Shown piece by piece: positions 1-8,906 of a stretch of DNA of 24,000 bases. The notes beneath the pieces are model-generated. The model had not been told where the DNA came from. It did not search any database and worked only from the letters and a program-made list of their open reading frames with translations. This DNA is from Longimonas halophila (GTDB taxonomy: Bacteria > Bacteroidota > Rhodothermia > Rhodothermales > Salinibacteraceae): NCBI RefSeq assembly GCF_002554705.1, contig NZ_PDEP01000008.1, positions 40,106 through 64,105 of the forward strand, given 5' to 3'. A program made the position numbers and the translations under genes. The stretch's first letter is position 1, and the number at the start of each line of letters is the position of its first letter.

Positions 1-152
1 TGTACGATAAGCTGACCGGGCGCGGCGCTGAGATCTCGTACGAGTTTGACAACTTCGAGCTCGAAGTGCCCAGCAAAGTAGGATCTGGAGCGGAATACGC
101 CAAGTGGAAAATGAACGGCACGCTCCGCATCCGCACCCGCGACGATGCATAA
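1..152 (+). CDS. 3' end of an upstream gene (partial), hypothetical protein ending ...EYAKWKMNGTLRIRTRDDA*
   Basis: Frame 3 is open from the window edge to TAA at 150-152. It is absent from the ORF track because it has no in-window start. No family recognised. Confidence 0.45.
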   Translation, partial: YDKLTGRGAEISYEFDNFELEVPSKVGSGAEYAKWKMNGTLRIRTRDDA

Positions 153-214
153 CGACGGCCCGATGCAACGCCGCTGCTCCGCCATTGGCTTTTCTCTATC
201 CGGTGTGATTCGAC

Positions 215-634
215 ATGGCAACTCCGCTTGACGTACTCGGCGATTTGGACCTTACCGTTGACGGCGAATACGTTGCGGTACGTGGCGACGGACGCCGCGT
301 TGTGGTGGATGTGCCATCGCTGGCCACCGCGCGCCGCCTTATCACGAAGACGCCGTACGGCGACACACCGCGAGCCACAGCCGCCTACGTGAACGATCTC
401 CTGGCGGAAGTGGATCTGACCCTTGATGTGATGCTTAATCACAAGCGCGTTGTGCGCCTGGGGGCCGATGCGCGTCCGAATGCGGTGTCGCGCCTGCTGA
501 ACCTGGGCAATGTTGAGGTGCATCCGTCGGTGCCTGCCCGCGAGAGCGCCGCCCGCAATCCTGTGGCTACGGCGCTGTTGCTCATTACGGGCGTGGGGCT
601 GTTACTCTGGCTTCTGCGTCGCGGCGATGACTGA
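215..634 (+). CDS. Hypothetical protein with a C-terminal transmembrane anchor (..VATALLLITGVGLLLWLLRRGDD)
   Basis: 139-aa ORF with GC3-rich codon usage like the neighbouring genes. It has a hydrophobic C-terminal helix and is followed by an intrinsic terminator at 677-707. Confidence 0.6.
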   Translation: MATPLDVLGDLDLTVDGEYVAVRGDGRRVVVDVPSLATARRLITKTPYGDTPRATAAYVNDLLAEVDLTLDVMLNHKRVVRLGADARPNAVSRLLNLGNVEVHPSVPARESAARNPVATALLLITGVGLLLWLLRRGDD

Positions 635-676
635 CCGCGGGGGCACTGCATCGGAAACCATACCAGCATAGCAAAA

Positions 677-707
677 GGGACAGCCTGCAAACGGCTGTCC
701 CTTTTTT
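677..707. terminator. Rho-independent terminator shared by convergent genes
   Basis: GGGACAGCC-TGCAAAC-GGCTGTCCC forms a 9-bp stem followed by TTTTTT on the + strand. On the - strand the same stem is followed by TTTTG. It lies between the stop of the 215-634 ORF and the stop of the tricorn gene. Confidence 0.75.
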
Positions 708-724
708 AGTTGGTGCGATAGCCA

Positions 725-758
725 AGACCTGACAGGTATTCAGAGACCTGTCAGGTCT
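725..758. other. Perfect 12-bp inverted repeat (AGACCTGACAGG-N10-CCTGTCAGGTCT) just 3' of the tricorn gene stop
   Basis: Read directly from the sequence. There is no U-tract on either strand, so its terminator function is uncertain. Confidence 0.5.
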
Positions 759-778
759 GTCTTATGCATGACGCTACG

Positions 779-3700
779 TTACTCGTCCGGCAGCGCACGA
801 GGGGCACGGACGGGCGGTGCGGGCTCGTCGAGGACGGGGTCCTCCTCCGGCAATCGCATCATGGCTTCCTCAATCGCCCGGTCAAGCTGCGGATCCTCGC
901 CCTCAATGACCTCGCGCGGCGTCTGCACGACCGGAATGTCAGGCGATACGCCCTCATTCTCCACCGCCCAGTTGCCGTCGCGGTCGAAGAATCCGCCTCG
1001 GGGCACGGTCAGGGTTCCGCCATCCAAGAGCGGCGGCGTATCCCAAATCCCTACGAGTCCGCCCCAGGTACGGCGGCCCACAATGGGACCGATCTCCATG
1101 CGGCGGAACAGGTAAGGCAGCAGGTCGCCGCCCGAGCCCGCTGCTTCATTAGCGATCAGGACTTTGGGCCCCCACACGCCTGCGCCCGGCGTGGTGAAGG
1201 GCGTGCGCTCGGCGATTGGGTTGTTAAAGAAGCCATGCAACTCGCGCGACATGATATCCACCATGTAGTCCGCAGCCGAGCCACCGCCGTTGAAGCGCTC
1301 GTCGATGACCATGCCGCCGTGGTCCTGCTGCGCAAAGTAGTAGCGGTTGAACGCGTCGTAGCCCGCCTGGGCCGTGTTGGGCACGTAGACGTAGCCCAAC
1401 TCGCCATTGGACTGTTCTTCGACGTAGCGGCGGTTGCTTTCAATCCAGGCACGGGTGCGCAGCCCCGATTCGCTGTCCACCGGTTCCACCATAACCTCGC
1501 GCGCACCGTCGGTTGTCGGCTCGTCGTTTACAAGCAGGGTAACGGGGCGACCCGCAGTGCCTTCAAAGGGCGCGTAGGGGTTCATGTCGGTGGTGAGCGG
1601 GCGGCCTTCCACTGCTAAGATGTAGTCGCCCGTTTCTACGTTGATGCCCGGTGCGCGGAGGGGCGCGTTCAGGTCCGGATTCCACGCTTCGCCGTCGTAG
1701 ATGCGTTCGATGCGGTAGCGCTCGCCATCGGCTTCGAGGTCGGCGCCCAGCAGCCCCGTGCCCGGCCCCTCTGTGCTGGGCAGGTCGCCGCCGCCCACGT
1801 AGGTGTGGCCCAGCGAGAGCTCGCCCACCATCAGCTCCAACACGTAGTTCAGGTCCTCGCGATGTCGCACATGGTCGACCCACGGGGCGTACAGGTCGTA
1901 GATATTCTGCCAGTCGAGGCCGTGGTAGTTCTCCACGTACAGATAGTCGCGATGAAAGCGCCACGCTTCGTCAAAGATCTGCTGCCACTCGGCCATCGGA
2001 GTCACCGGCATCTGCACGCCCGACAGGTCAATGGCGCCGTCGCCGGGTGAGGGCGGCTGCGCGGTGGGTACAATGCCCCACTGCCCCATCGCCTGGTACA
2101 AGACCTGCTCGCCAGAGTGCGCAACCTCAAACTGCGTCACGCCCTCCAGGAACGGCTGGGCCTCCCGCGTATCCAGCTGGTACTGGTGGATGCGCAGGCC
2201 AGGCGCGTTGGGCACCGACTCGCCTACGAACACCGTGCCGGCCGGACCCGCATCCAGGCTCATATACATCCGCGCGGGCAGGTCCAGGGCCAGCGTACGC
2301 TGTGCCAGCCCCTCAGGGTCGATGCGGACCTCCATCTCTTCGTCGGATCCGTTGTCTGCGTCGCCGTTTTCTTCGGAATCGCTGGTCGCCTCCTCATCGC
2401 TCTCGGGCAGGAGGGGCGAGGGCGTGTCGCTGTCGAGCACCGTCAGGTAGACGCTGCGCTCCACCGGACGTTCGTACGAACTCATGTCGAGCCAGCCGGT
2501 GTTGAGGCCGTAGTCGGTGCTGGCCATGAAGTAGAGATAGTCGCCGCTCGCATCCCACACCGGATTCACGGCATCGGCCATGCCGTCGCTCATCGCGATC
2601 GCCTCCTCATCCTCCAGCGAGTACGCGTAGACGGTCCGAAACTGGCTGTCGAGGCGCTTGGCATAGGCAATCCACTCGCCGTCGGGCGACCACTGCGGAT
2701 TCATGGTGCGTCCGGGCGGAGTGTACAGATCCTGGTCGATGCGCGTGGCTTCTTCGCTCTCCACATCGAGCACCCACAGGTTGCGGTCGGTGTCAGTAAA
2801 GAGGAGGCGTTCGCTATCGGGCGACCACTGCGGGCGGTAGTAGAACACGTCGTTGGGCAGGGGGATGCTGCGGGCTTCGCCGCCCTGCTGGTTGGTGATG
2901 CGCAGCGCGTACTCGCCGCTTCGATCCGTGAACCAGGCGATCTGCGAGCCGTCGGGCGACCACGCCGGGTAGCGGTCCGCTGCATCGGAGGCCTGCGAGA
3001 GGTTGCGCCACGAGCCGTCTTCAGCAGGGACAGTAAAGATTTCGCCACGTGCTTCGATGACTGCGCGCACGCCATTAGGCGAGAGGTCGGCATTCGTGGC
3101 CATGGAGCCCACTTCCTTCCACTGCTCGCGCGCCCACGGAAAGTCGCCGCGCACGGTCACCTCAAGCTGGGCCTGCGTATCCTGCTGCAGATCGTGCCGG
3201 TGCAGGTAGCCGCCCTGCTCGTAGACAAGCGTCGAGCCATCCACATCGAGCGACTTGACGTCGAACTCGGTGTGTTCGGTGACCTGTATAAGCGATTCGT
3301 CGGCGACGTTGTAGGCATAGACGTTCATGACCATGTTGTCGGCCCGATCGGAGAGGAAGTAGACCGTATCGCCCGCCCACACCGGCTGCGTATCGATGGT
3401 GCCCTCGAAGGGGAGTTCGGTGTGCTCATACGTCTCCATATCCAGGATCCAGATCGGGTGCACCTGTCCGCCCCGGTAGCCGCGCCAGTGGTCTTGCCAG
3501 CGCGTAATGGGCTGGTAGACAAAGCGCTCACCATCGGGACCGAACCCGCCCACATCGCCCCGCGGAATGGGCAGCGGATCGGGGGTGGCATCGCCCACGC
3601 CAATGGTCCAGAACCGCTGGTAGGAGGCGGGGGCCGAGTCGCGCGCTGATGCAAAGACAATCTGCGATCCGTCGGGCGTCCAGCCTTGCACCGTATCGGT

Positions 3701-4048
3701 GCCGGGGTGGTACGTGAGGCGCTCAGGCGGGCCGCCTTCTACTGGAATCACGTAGACATCGGTCTGTCCGTTGTAGCGTCCCGAGAACGCGACCTGCGAT
3801 CCATCGGGAGAGAGCTGCGGGTTCGAGGCCACGCCTGCAAAGCTGGTGAGTCGCTCGGCGTCTCCGCCATTGAGCGGCGTACGCCAGATCTCGCCTGCGT
3901 AGGCAAAGACAACGGTTTCGCCCTGTACGCTGGGCGTTTGAAGCAGGCGCGTGCCCGCGTCGTTACCCGACTGCGCGTGGGCCATCAGGGGAAGGCTAAG
4001 CAGGAGCAGCAGACCTGCCAGTTTGCGAAAGCGCGAAGCACGTAGCAT
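779..4048 (-). CDS. Tricorn protease homolog (secreted; beta-propeller/PD40-like repeats, PDZ and C-terminal S41 peptidase domain)
   Basis: 1089-aa ORF with an N-terminal signal peptide (MLRASRFRKLAGLLLLLSLPLMAHAQ). Repeated SPDGS/WSPDG propeller motifs and a C-terminal S41-like region match the length and architecture of bacterial tricorn homologs. Confidence 0.9.
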   Translation of the reverse strand: MLRASRFRKLAGLLLLLSLPLMAHAQSGNDAGTRLLQTPSVQGETVVFAYAGEIWRTPLNGGDAERLTSFAGVASNPQLSPDGSQVAFSGRYNGQTDVYVIPVEGGPPERLTYHPGTDTVQGWTPDGSQIVFASARDSAPASYQRFWTIGVGDATPDPLPIPRGDVGGFGPDGERFVYQPITRWQDHWRGYRGGQVHPIWILDMETYEHTELPFEGTIDTQPVWAGDTVYFLSDRADNMVMNVYAYNVADESLIQVTEHTEFDVKSLDVDGSTLVYEQGGYLHRHDLQQDTQAQLEVTVRGDFPWAREQWKEVGSMATNADLSPNGVRAVIEARGEIFTVPAEDGSWRNLSQASDAADRYPAWSPDGSQIAWFTDRSGEYALRITNQQGGEARSIPLPNDVFYYRPQWSPDSERLLFTDTDRNLWVLDVESEEATRIDQDLYTPPGRTMNPQWSPDGEWIAYAKRLDSQFRTVYAYSLEDEEAIAMSDGMADAVNPVWDASGDYLYFMASTDYGLNTGWLDMSSYERPVERSVYLTVLDSDTPSPLLPESDEEATSDSEENGDADNGSDEEMEVRIDPEGLAQRTLALDLPARMYMSLDAGPAGTVFVGESVPNAPGLRIHQYQLDTREAQPFLEGVTQFEVAHSGEQVLYQAMGQWGIVPTAQPPSPGDGAIDLSGVQMPVTPMAEWQQIFDEAWRFHRDYLYVENYHGLDWQNIYDLYAPWVDHVRHREDLNYVLELMVGELSLGHTYVGGGDLPSTEGPGTGLLGADLEADGERYRIERIYDGEAWNPDLNAPLRAPGINVETGDYILAVEGRPLTTDMNPYAPFEGTAGRPVTLLVNDEPTTDGAREVMVEPVDSESGLRTRAWIESNRRYVEEQSNGELGYVYVPNTAQAGYDAFNRYYFAQQDHGGMVIDERFNGGGSAADYMVDIMSRELHGFFNNPIAERTPFTTPGAGVWGPKVLIANEAAGSGGDLLPYLFRRMEIGPIVGRRTWGGLVGIWDTPPLLDGGTLTVPRGGFFDRDGNWAVENEGVSPDIPVVQTPREVIEGEDPQLDRAIEEAMMRLPEEDPVLDEPAPPVRAPRALPDE

Positions 4049-4420
4049 AGGGCTGTGGGTGGGTGTGGGAAAAACGAACGAATGGAATATAACATGCTAA
4101 CTTTCGGGCGGGGTTGCAACCGCTTCCAGCGGGATTTCTGGGGAATTGAAGGGGGCACGTGGTGCTGGGGATGCGCCGTGCTTCGGGGGCATTACCTTCG
4201 GCCCCAGCCTATTGAGGCTGCTCGGAGCGTCCTGATACCGACAGCCGTGGGTAGAGGACGTACTCCTGGGTTGGCCAAAGTAAAAAATCAAGATAGGCTC
4301 TCAGGCTTTTGATGAGCGTACCTGCATCCCCGAGTGCTTGCGGAGGCAGAGCCTCCTGGTTGGGCGTCACAAGGCAGAGCCTTGCGACGAGTGGAGCGGG
4401 CGTTGGGAGAAGCTTTCGAG

Positions 4421-4633
4421 TCAAGTCATCCCGGACTTGATCCGGGATCCAGGAGATGCTGAGGACGCAAGCATTGTGCTGAACGTGGAGGAGATCCTTC
4501 GACTCTGCAGATGCTTGGCGCATCTGCGGCGCTCAGGATGACATCATGGTGGTGGGGAGGTACAGTATTGAAAGCAAGCCCCCAACCCGCTCCCCTGGAG
4601 AGGGGAGCTGTCGCGCAAGCGACTGAGGGGGGG
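4421..4633 (+). repeat. Composite hairpin-repeat element, copy A (module 1, module 2, module 3)
   Basis: Carries TCATCCCGGACTTGATCCGGGATCC, then GGAGATCCTTCG..GCTCAGGATGACATC, then the GCTCCCCTGGAGAGGGGAGC-TGTCGCGCAAGCGAC twin hairpin. The first 125 nt differ at 4 positions from 10721-10845. Confidence 0.9.
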
Positions 4634-4751
4634 ACGAGCGCCCACAGCCAGCATTTGCACGTTGCAAACAAAGATGCAGAGCTACGTTGCGATGACAGGC
4701 GATATGCGTCTGTACAATGTAGAATAGAGACAAAACAACAGAAACAAACCA

Positions 4752-5132
4752 ATGACTCGTTTTCCCTACGACCGGAATCTGCGTCCGTTGGCTCGGGCAC
4801 TCCGGAAAAACATGACGAAGAGCGAGAGACGTCTGTGGACACATCTGCGACGGAAACAGCGTGGCTACACCTTCAACCAGCAGTTTATCATTGGGCGTTA
4901 CATCGTGGATTTCTATGCGCGTCAGCTGCGTCTGGCGATTGAGGTGGATGGCGTTACGCATGACTATGAACAGGGCGATGGCTCTGACGCGGAACGACAG
5001 CGTGCACTGGAGGCGCTTGGGATCACTATGCTCCGATTTTCTTCAACGCGCATCTTTAAAGATTTGGAGCAGGTGCTGTATGAGATTGATGCTTGCATTG
5101 ATGGCTGTGAGCGTAAAAGAAGAAGTCAGTGA
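4752..5132 (+). CDS. DUF559 endonuclease-domain protein (Vsr-like PD-(D/E)xK fold), divergent paralog
   Basis: 126-aa ORF with the typical DUF559 pattern: LRKNMTKSERRLWTHLR..., ..YIVDFY.., ..LAIEVDG..H, ..ERQRALEALG..MLRF. Confidence 0.85.
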   Translation: MTRFPYDRNLRPLARALRKNMTKSERRLWTHLRRKQRGYTFNQQFIIGRYIVDFYARQLRLAIEVDGVTHDYEQGDGSDAERQRALEALGITMLRFSSTRIFKDLEQVLYEIDACIDGCERKRRSQ

Positions 5133-5163
5133 CTGTAGTGATTTTGTGCTGTGTGTACCAAAC

Positions 5164-5269
5164 ATCCCCCTTAATCCCCCTTCAGCGAAGGGGGAGACAA
5201 GTGGAAGGGCACGGCTTCAAGCTGCTCCCCTGGAGAGGGAAGCTGTCGCATTAGCGACTGAGGGGTGGA
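5164..5269 (+). repeat. Hairpin modules 3' of DUF559 copy 1 (A-like hairpin TCCCCCTTCAGCGAAGGGGGA plus a module 3 twin hairpin)
   Basis: Direct sequence similarity to the module A hairpins at 13010, 13603 and 17470, and to the module 3 copies. Confidence 0.8.
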
Positions 5270-5621
5270 TCTAAAGCAGCATTTCATGTGGAGGGGTCCC
5301 ATGTGGAGGGGCCTCGGCCCGTGAGCCGCCTGCTTCTGCCAGGGAGGAAGCGATGGTCGTAGAGCGCATGCCGTGCCGATGGTGTAGGAGACCTTTCGAC
5401 TCCTACCGACGGCTGTCGGTATGCGCTCAAGGTGACAAAAAGGGGAAAGGGAAGCATGTAAACCCATGGAATGCCTCCGGCGATCATTGAAGCCCGCTAA
5501 ACAGATACGCGGGGAGAAGGACAGGATGAGGGGCCTATTCCGTTCGTTCATGGCGCGTATCCTCGCAAATACATTTTTCGGTAGTCGCTAACACTGAAGT
5601 GATTGGCGTTGTCAGAGGGAC

Positions 5622-5669
5622 GAATGGATCCCGGATCAGCGGCGCCAAGAGCGCCTTGTCCGGTATGAC
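5622..5669 (-). repeat. Expanded module 1 hairpin, inverted orientation
   Basis: GAATGGATCCCGGATCAGCGGCGCCAAGAGCGCCTTGTCCGGTATGAC is close to the reverse complement of 15276-15323. Confidence 0.8.
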
Positions 5670-5880
5670 TGCTTGGGGGGCATCACTTGCGATCTAACAG
5701 CTACCCATTTTTCCTATACATGCCTCGCACGCACTCGTAGCCCTTTCTGTCGCGTGACGCGTTCGCTCAGTGGCTCGGACAGATGGAGCGTGGTGAGCAT
5801 GCGGGAACGGCGTCGAGATTTCTCCCTCCGACAGGGGGTGGGTGTCAGACAGTAGTCGGGAGTTAGGATGACGCTGAAGA

Positions 5881-6044
5881 GTGAGGTCTTGTGCCGAGTG
5901 TGTGGGAGATCCTTCGATGCGGCACCGGCTGTTGCCGCTGCCTTGCTCAGGATGACATCGTGATGGGAGGTACAGTATTGAACGCACGGCCTCAACCCGC
6001 TCCCCTGGAGAGGGGAACTGTCGCGTAAGCGACTGAGGGGTGGA
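5881..6044 (+). repeat. Composite hairpin-repeat element (module 2 plus module 3, no module 1)
   Basis: Carries GGGAGATCCTTCG..GCTCAGGATGACATC, then GGAGGTACAGTATTGAA (shared with copy A), then the twin hairpin. Confidence 0.85.
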
Positions 6045-6246
6045 ATCGGCTACCGCCGCCGCTGAAGATGAGGCGGTGTGCGAAACAAGCGAGCCGATGG
6101 CGCGCCCCGAATCGAATTCGCGGTACAGGAACGCCCTCTGTGTAACATCCACGTGTCATTCATAGCACAGCCTACGCATCCGTCCATATCTTTCATATAT
6201 TTTAGCGTTACACACAGGCCCCTCCACAGACCCGCTGCAACACATC

Positions 6247-8832
6247 ATGACCGTTGTTTACCGTTTTGCTGCCCTGGTAGCGCTTTCGGCGCTGCTGCTT
6301 ACCGGATGTGCCCCGCGTCCGGTGACTGATGACAGTACCGAGGCTGCCTCGGAGCCGACCTCCGACATCGAAGAGGCCGTCGAATCTGCTGAAGAGCTGG
6401 ACGGCCTCTTCACCCTCTACCGTGACACGACCGACGGCTCGCTTCAGATGCTGATCCGCGAGGACCAGCTCGATGGCGAGTATGTCTACTTTACCTTTAC
6501 CGAAGACGGCGCGCCCGTGGCCGGGCACTTTCGCGGCCAGTTTCGGGATAACGAGGTTTTCCGTCTGAAGCGCTACTACGACCGGATTGAGTTTGAACAG
6601 GTAAACACCTCGTTCTACTTCGATCCCGACAACGCCCTGAGCCGCGCCGCCGAGGCCAACATCAGCCCGGCGCGCCTGGCCTCGCAAGAGATCGTGGCGC
6701 AGGATACCACCGATGGCGGACGCTACCTCATCAATGCGGACGAGCTGTTCCTGAGCGAAGCGCTGCATCAGGTGAAGCCGACGCCGTCGCCCGGACAGCC
6801 GCCGACGGCCTTCTCGCTGGGCGGACTCAACAGCAGCAAGACGCGGTATGCGGATGTGCGTAACTATCCCGAAAACACGGACTTCATTGTCAACTACGTC
6901 TACGACAACCCGCAGCCCCTGTCGGGCGGCGGCGATGCGGTGACCGATGCGCGCTCGGTGGGCATTACCGTGCAGCACAGCCTCATTGAGATGCCCGACA
7001 CCGATTACACGCCGCGCTTTGATGACCCGCGCGTGGGCTACTTCATGCAACAGGTCGACAATCAGACCTCCACGAGCGCCACGCCGTATCGTGACCTGAT
7101 TAACCGCTGGCACCTTGAAAAGGAGGATCCCGAAGCGGAGCTTTCTGAGCCGGTCGAACCCATCGTATGGTGGATCGAAAACACCACGCCCGAAGAGATT
7201 CGTCCAACCATTCGCGAGGCCACGCTCGCCTGGAACGAGGCGTTCGAAGCCGCGGGCTTTGAGAACGCCATTGAGGTGAAGGTGCAGCCCGACAGCGCCG
7301 AGTGGGACGCGGGCGACATCCGCTACAACGTGCTGCGGTGGACGTCCTCGCCCACGCCTCCGTTTGGCGGCTACGGACCCAGCTTTGTGAATCCGCACAC
7401 CGGGCAGATCCTGGGTTCCGACATCATGCTGGAGTTTGTGTACCTGACCAACCGCCTCCGCCAGCAGGATCTGTTTGATGCCGCCGCGCTCCCCAGCTGG
7501 GCGCAGCAGTCGCTCGCTGAGATGCAGGCCCACGCTGCCGAATCGGCCTCTGCCAATCACGCCGGATGCGCGCTGGGCACGACCATGCAACAGAATCTGT
7601 TGACGGGCTTGCAGGTGTTGCAGGCGCAGAATGCCTCCGAAATCGAGGTCACCGAATACGTAGAGCAGGGCCTCTACTACCTGATTCTGCACGAGGTGGG
7701 CCACACGCTCGGCCTCAACCACAACATGCAGGCCCACAACCTGCTCTCGCCCGAGGAACTGCAAGATCCCGAGGTCATTGCCGAGCAGGGACTCATCGGT
7801 TCGGTGATGGACTACCCGGCCGTGCATCTGACCGACGATGTGGATACGCAGGAGACGTTCTTCATCGATCGTCCGGGCGCGTATGACACGTGGGCTATCG
7901 AGTTTGGATACGATCCGGACCTCAACGACGAGAATCAGATGCAGGCGCACCTGAACCGCTCCACGGAGCCGGAGCTGGCCTTTGGCAACGACGCCGACGA
8001 CATGCGGAGTCCGGGTAAGGGCATTGACCCGCGCGTGATGATCAATACGATCTCCAGCGACCCGGTCGAATACGCCGAGGGCCGCTTCGATATTCTGTCG
8101 GAGACGATGACCGAGCTGCTCGACAAGTACGACGAATCGGGCGACTCGTATGAGCCGCTCCGCAACGCGTATCTGGTCCTCACCGGCGAGATGGGCAGCA
8201 TGGTGAACTCGGCCTCGCGCTTCATCGGCGGGGTGTACCGCGAACGCGCCATGATCGACCAGCCGGGCGCCACGCAGCCGTTCACGCCCGTGCCGCGCGC
8301 TGAGCAAGAGGCAGCGCTTGATCTACTGCGCACCCACCTGTTCGCGCCGGATGCGTTCGACATCCCGAACGAGATCTACAACCACCTGCAGCAGCAGCGC
8401 CGCGGATTCAACTTCTTCGGCACGACCGAAGACCCGAAAATCCACGCCCGCGCGCTCGCCATGCAGCGGATGGTGCTCGCGCACATTCTGCACCCCACGG
8501 TGCTCACGCGGATGACGGATGCGCGCCTCTACGGCAACGAGTATCCACTTGCCGAGTACATGGATGACCTCACGATGGCCATCTTCGAAGCCGACGCGGA
8601 TGGCGACGTGAACACGTTCCGCCAGAACCTGCAGGTGGAGTACGTGCAGGCGCTTGCCAGCGTGCTGGATGAGGAGGAGAACGACAGCTACGACTACGTG
8701 GCACGCTCCGCCGCCCTGCGCAGCGTGCAGCAGATCAACGACATGATCGACGGCAAGACCGGCATCAACGCCGAAACCGAAGCCCACACCGCGCATCTGC
8801 AACATCTGATCGACGAGGTGCTGGACGCCTAA
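6247..8832 (+). CDS. Zinc-dependent metalloprotease lipoprotein (reprolysin-like, DUF5117/DUF4953-type family as remembered)
   Basis: 861-aa ORF with a lipobox signal peptide (ALLLTGC) and the zincin motif HEVGHTLGLNHN. The composition is highly acidic. Confidence 0.9.
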   Translation: MTVVYRFAALVALSALLLTGCAPRPVTDDSTEAASEPTSDIEEAVESAEELDGLFTLYRDTTDGSLQMLIREDQLDGEYVYFTFTEDGAPVAGHFRGQFRDNEVFRLKRYYDRIEFEQVNTSFYFDPDNALSRAAEANISPARLASQEIVAQDTTDGGRYLINADELFLSEALHQVKPTPSPGQPPTAFSLGGLNSSKTRYADVRNYPENTDFIVNYVYDNPQPLSGGGDAVTDARSVGITVQHSLIEMPDTDYTPRFDDPRVGYFMQQVDNQTSTSATPYRDLINRWHLEKEDPEAELSEPVEPIVWWIENTTPEEIRPTIREATLAWNEAFEAAGFENAIEVKVQPDSAEWDAGDIRYNVLRWTSSPTPPFGGYGPSFVNPHTGQILGSDIMLEFVYLTNRLRQQDLFDAAALPSWAQQSLAEMQAHAAESASANHAGCALGTTMQQNLLTGLQVLQAQNASEIEVTEYVEQGLYYLILHEVGHTLGLNHNMQAHNLLSPEELQDPEVIAEQGLIGSVMDYPAVHLTDDVDTQETFFIDRPGAYDTWAIEFGYDPDLNDENQMQAHLNRSTEPELAFGNDADDMRSPGKGIDPRVMINTISSDPVEYAEGRFDILSETMTELLDKYDESGDSYEPLRNAYLVLTGEMGSMVNSASRFIGGVYRERAMIDQPGATQPFTPVPRAEQEAALDLLRTHLFAPDAFDIPNEIYNHLQQQRRGFNFFGTTEDPKIHARALAMQRMVLAHILHPTVLTRMTDARLYGNEYPLAEYMDDLTMAIFEADADGDVNTFRQNLQVEYVQALASVLDEEENDSYDYVARSAALRSVQQINDMIDGKTGINAETEAHTAHLQHLIDEVLDA

Positions 8833-8860
8833 TGTGCTCCTGTTGGTTCAAACACTACAA

Positions 8861-8900
8861 CGCCCGCTTTCTTCTTCGGAGGGAGGCGGGCGCTTCTTTT
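8861..8900 (+). terminator. Rho-independent terminator of the metalloprotease gene
   Basis: CGCCCGCTTTCTTC-TTCG-GAGGGAGGCGGGCG forms a 14-bp stem (including G-U pairs) with a UUCG loop, followed by CTTCTTTT. Confidence 0.7.
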
Positions 8901-8906
8901 GATACC

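Noticed and set aside
764-3649. Long + strand ORFs (764-1618, 1651-2505, 2117-3649) antisense to the tricorn gene, and the 699-aa minus-strand ORF 6208-8307 antisense to the metalloprotease gene
   Set aside because: These are typical shadow ORFs of high-GC coding DNA. Their Arg/Ala/Gly/Pro-rich products have no recognisable motifs and fully overlap genes with strong family signatures.
4591-4600. CCWGG (Dcm-type) sites at the apex of module 3 hairpins (CCCCTGGAG) and elsewhere in modules, as a possible link to the Vsr-like fold of DUF559
   Set aside because: The variant copies (CTCTGG at 9494 and 15061) carry C->T at the outer C rather than the inner C of CCTGG. This does not match the deamination product that Vsr repairs. 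CCWGG is also expected often by chance in GC-rich DNA. It remains untested speculation.
4338-6152. ORFs across the first repeat region (4338-4541, 4426-4842, 4511-4942, 4533-4961, 5171-5551, 5694-6152 and others)
   Set aside because: They are translations of the repeat modules. Between copies A and C, the 4 nucleotide differences in the shared frame (..VIPDLIRDPGDAE(D/V)A(S/G)IVL(N/S)VEEILRLCRCLAHLRRSG*) are 3 non-synonymous and 1 synonymous. The same DNA is open on both strands, so there is no evidence of coding constraint.
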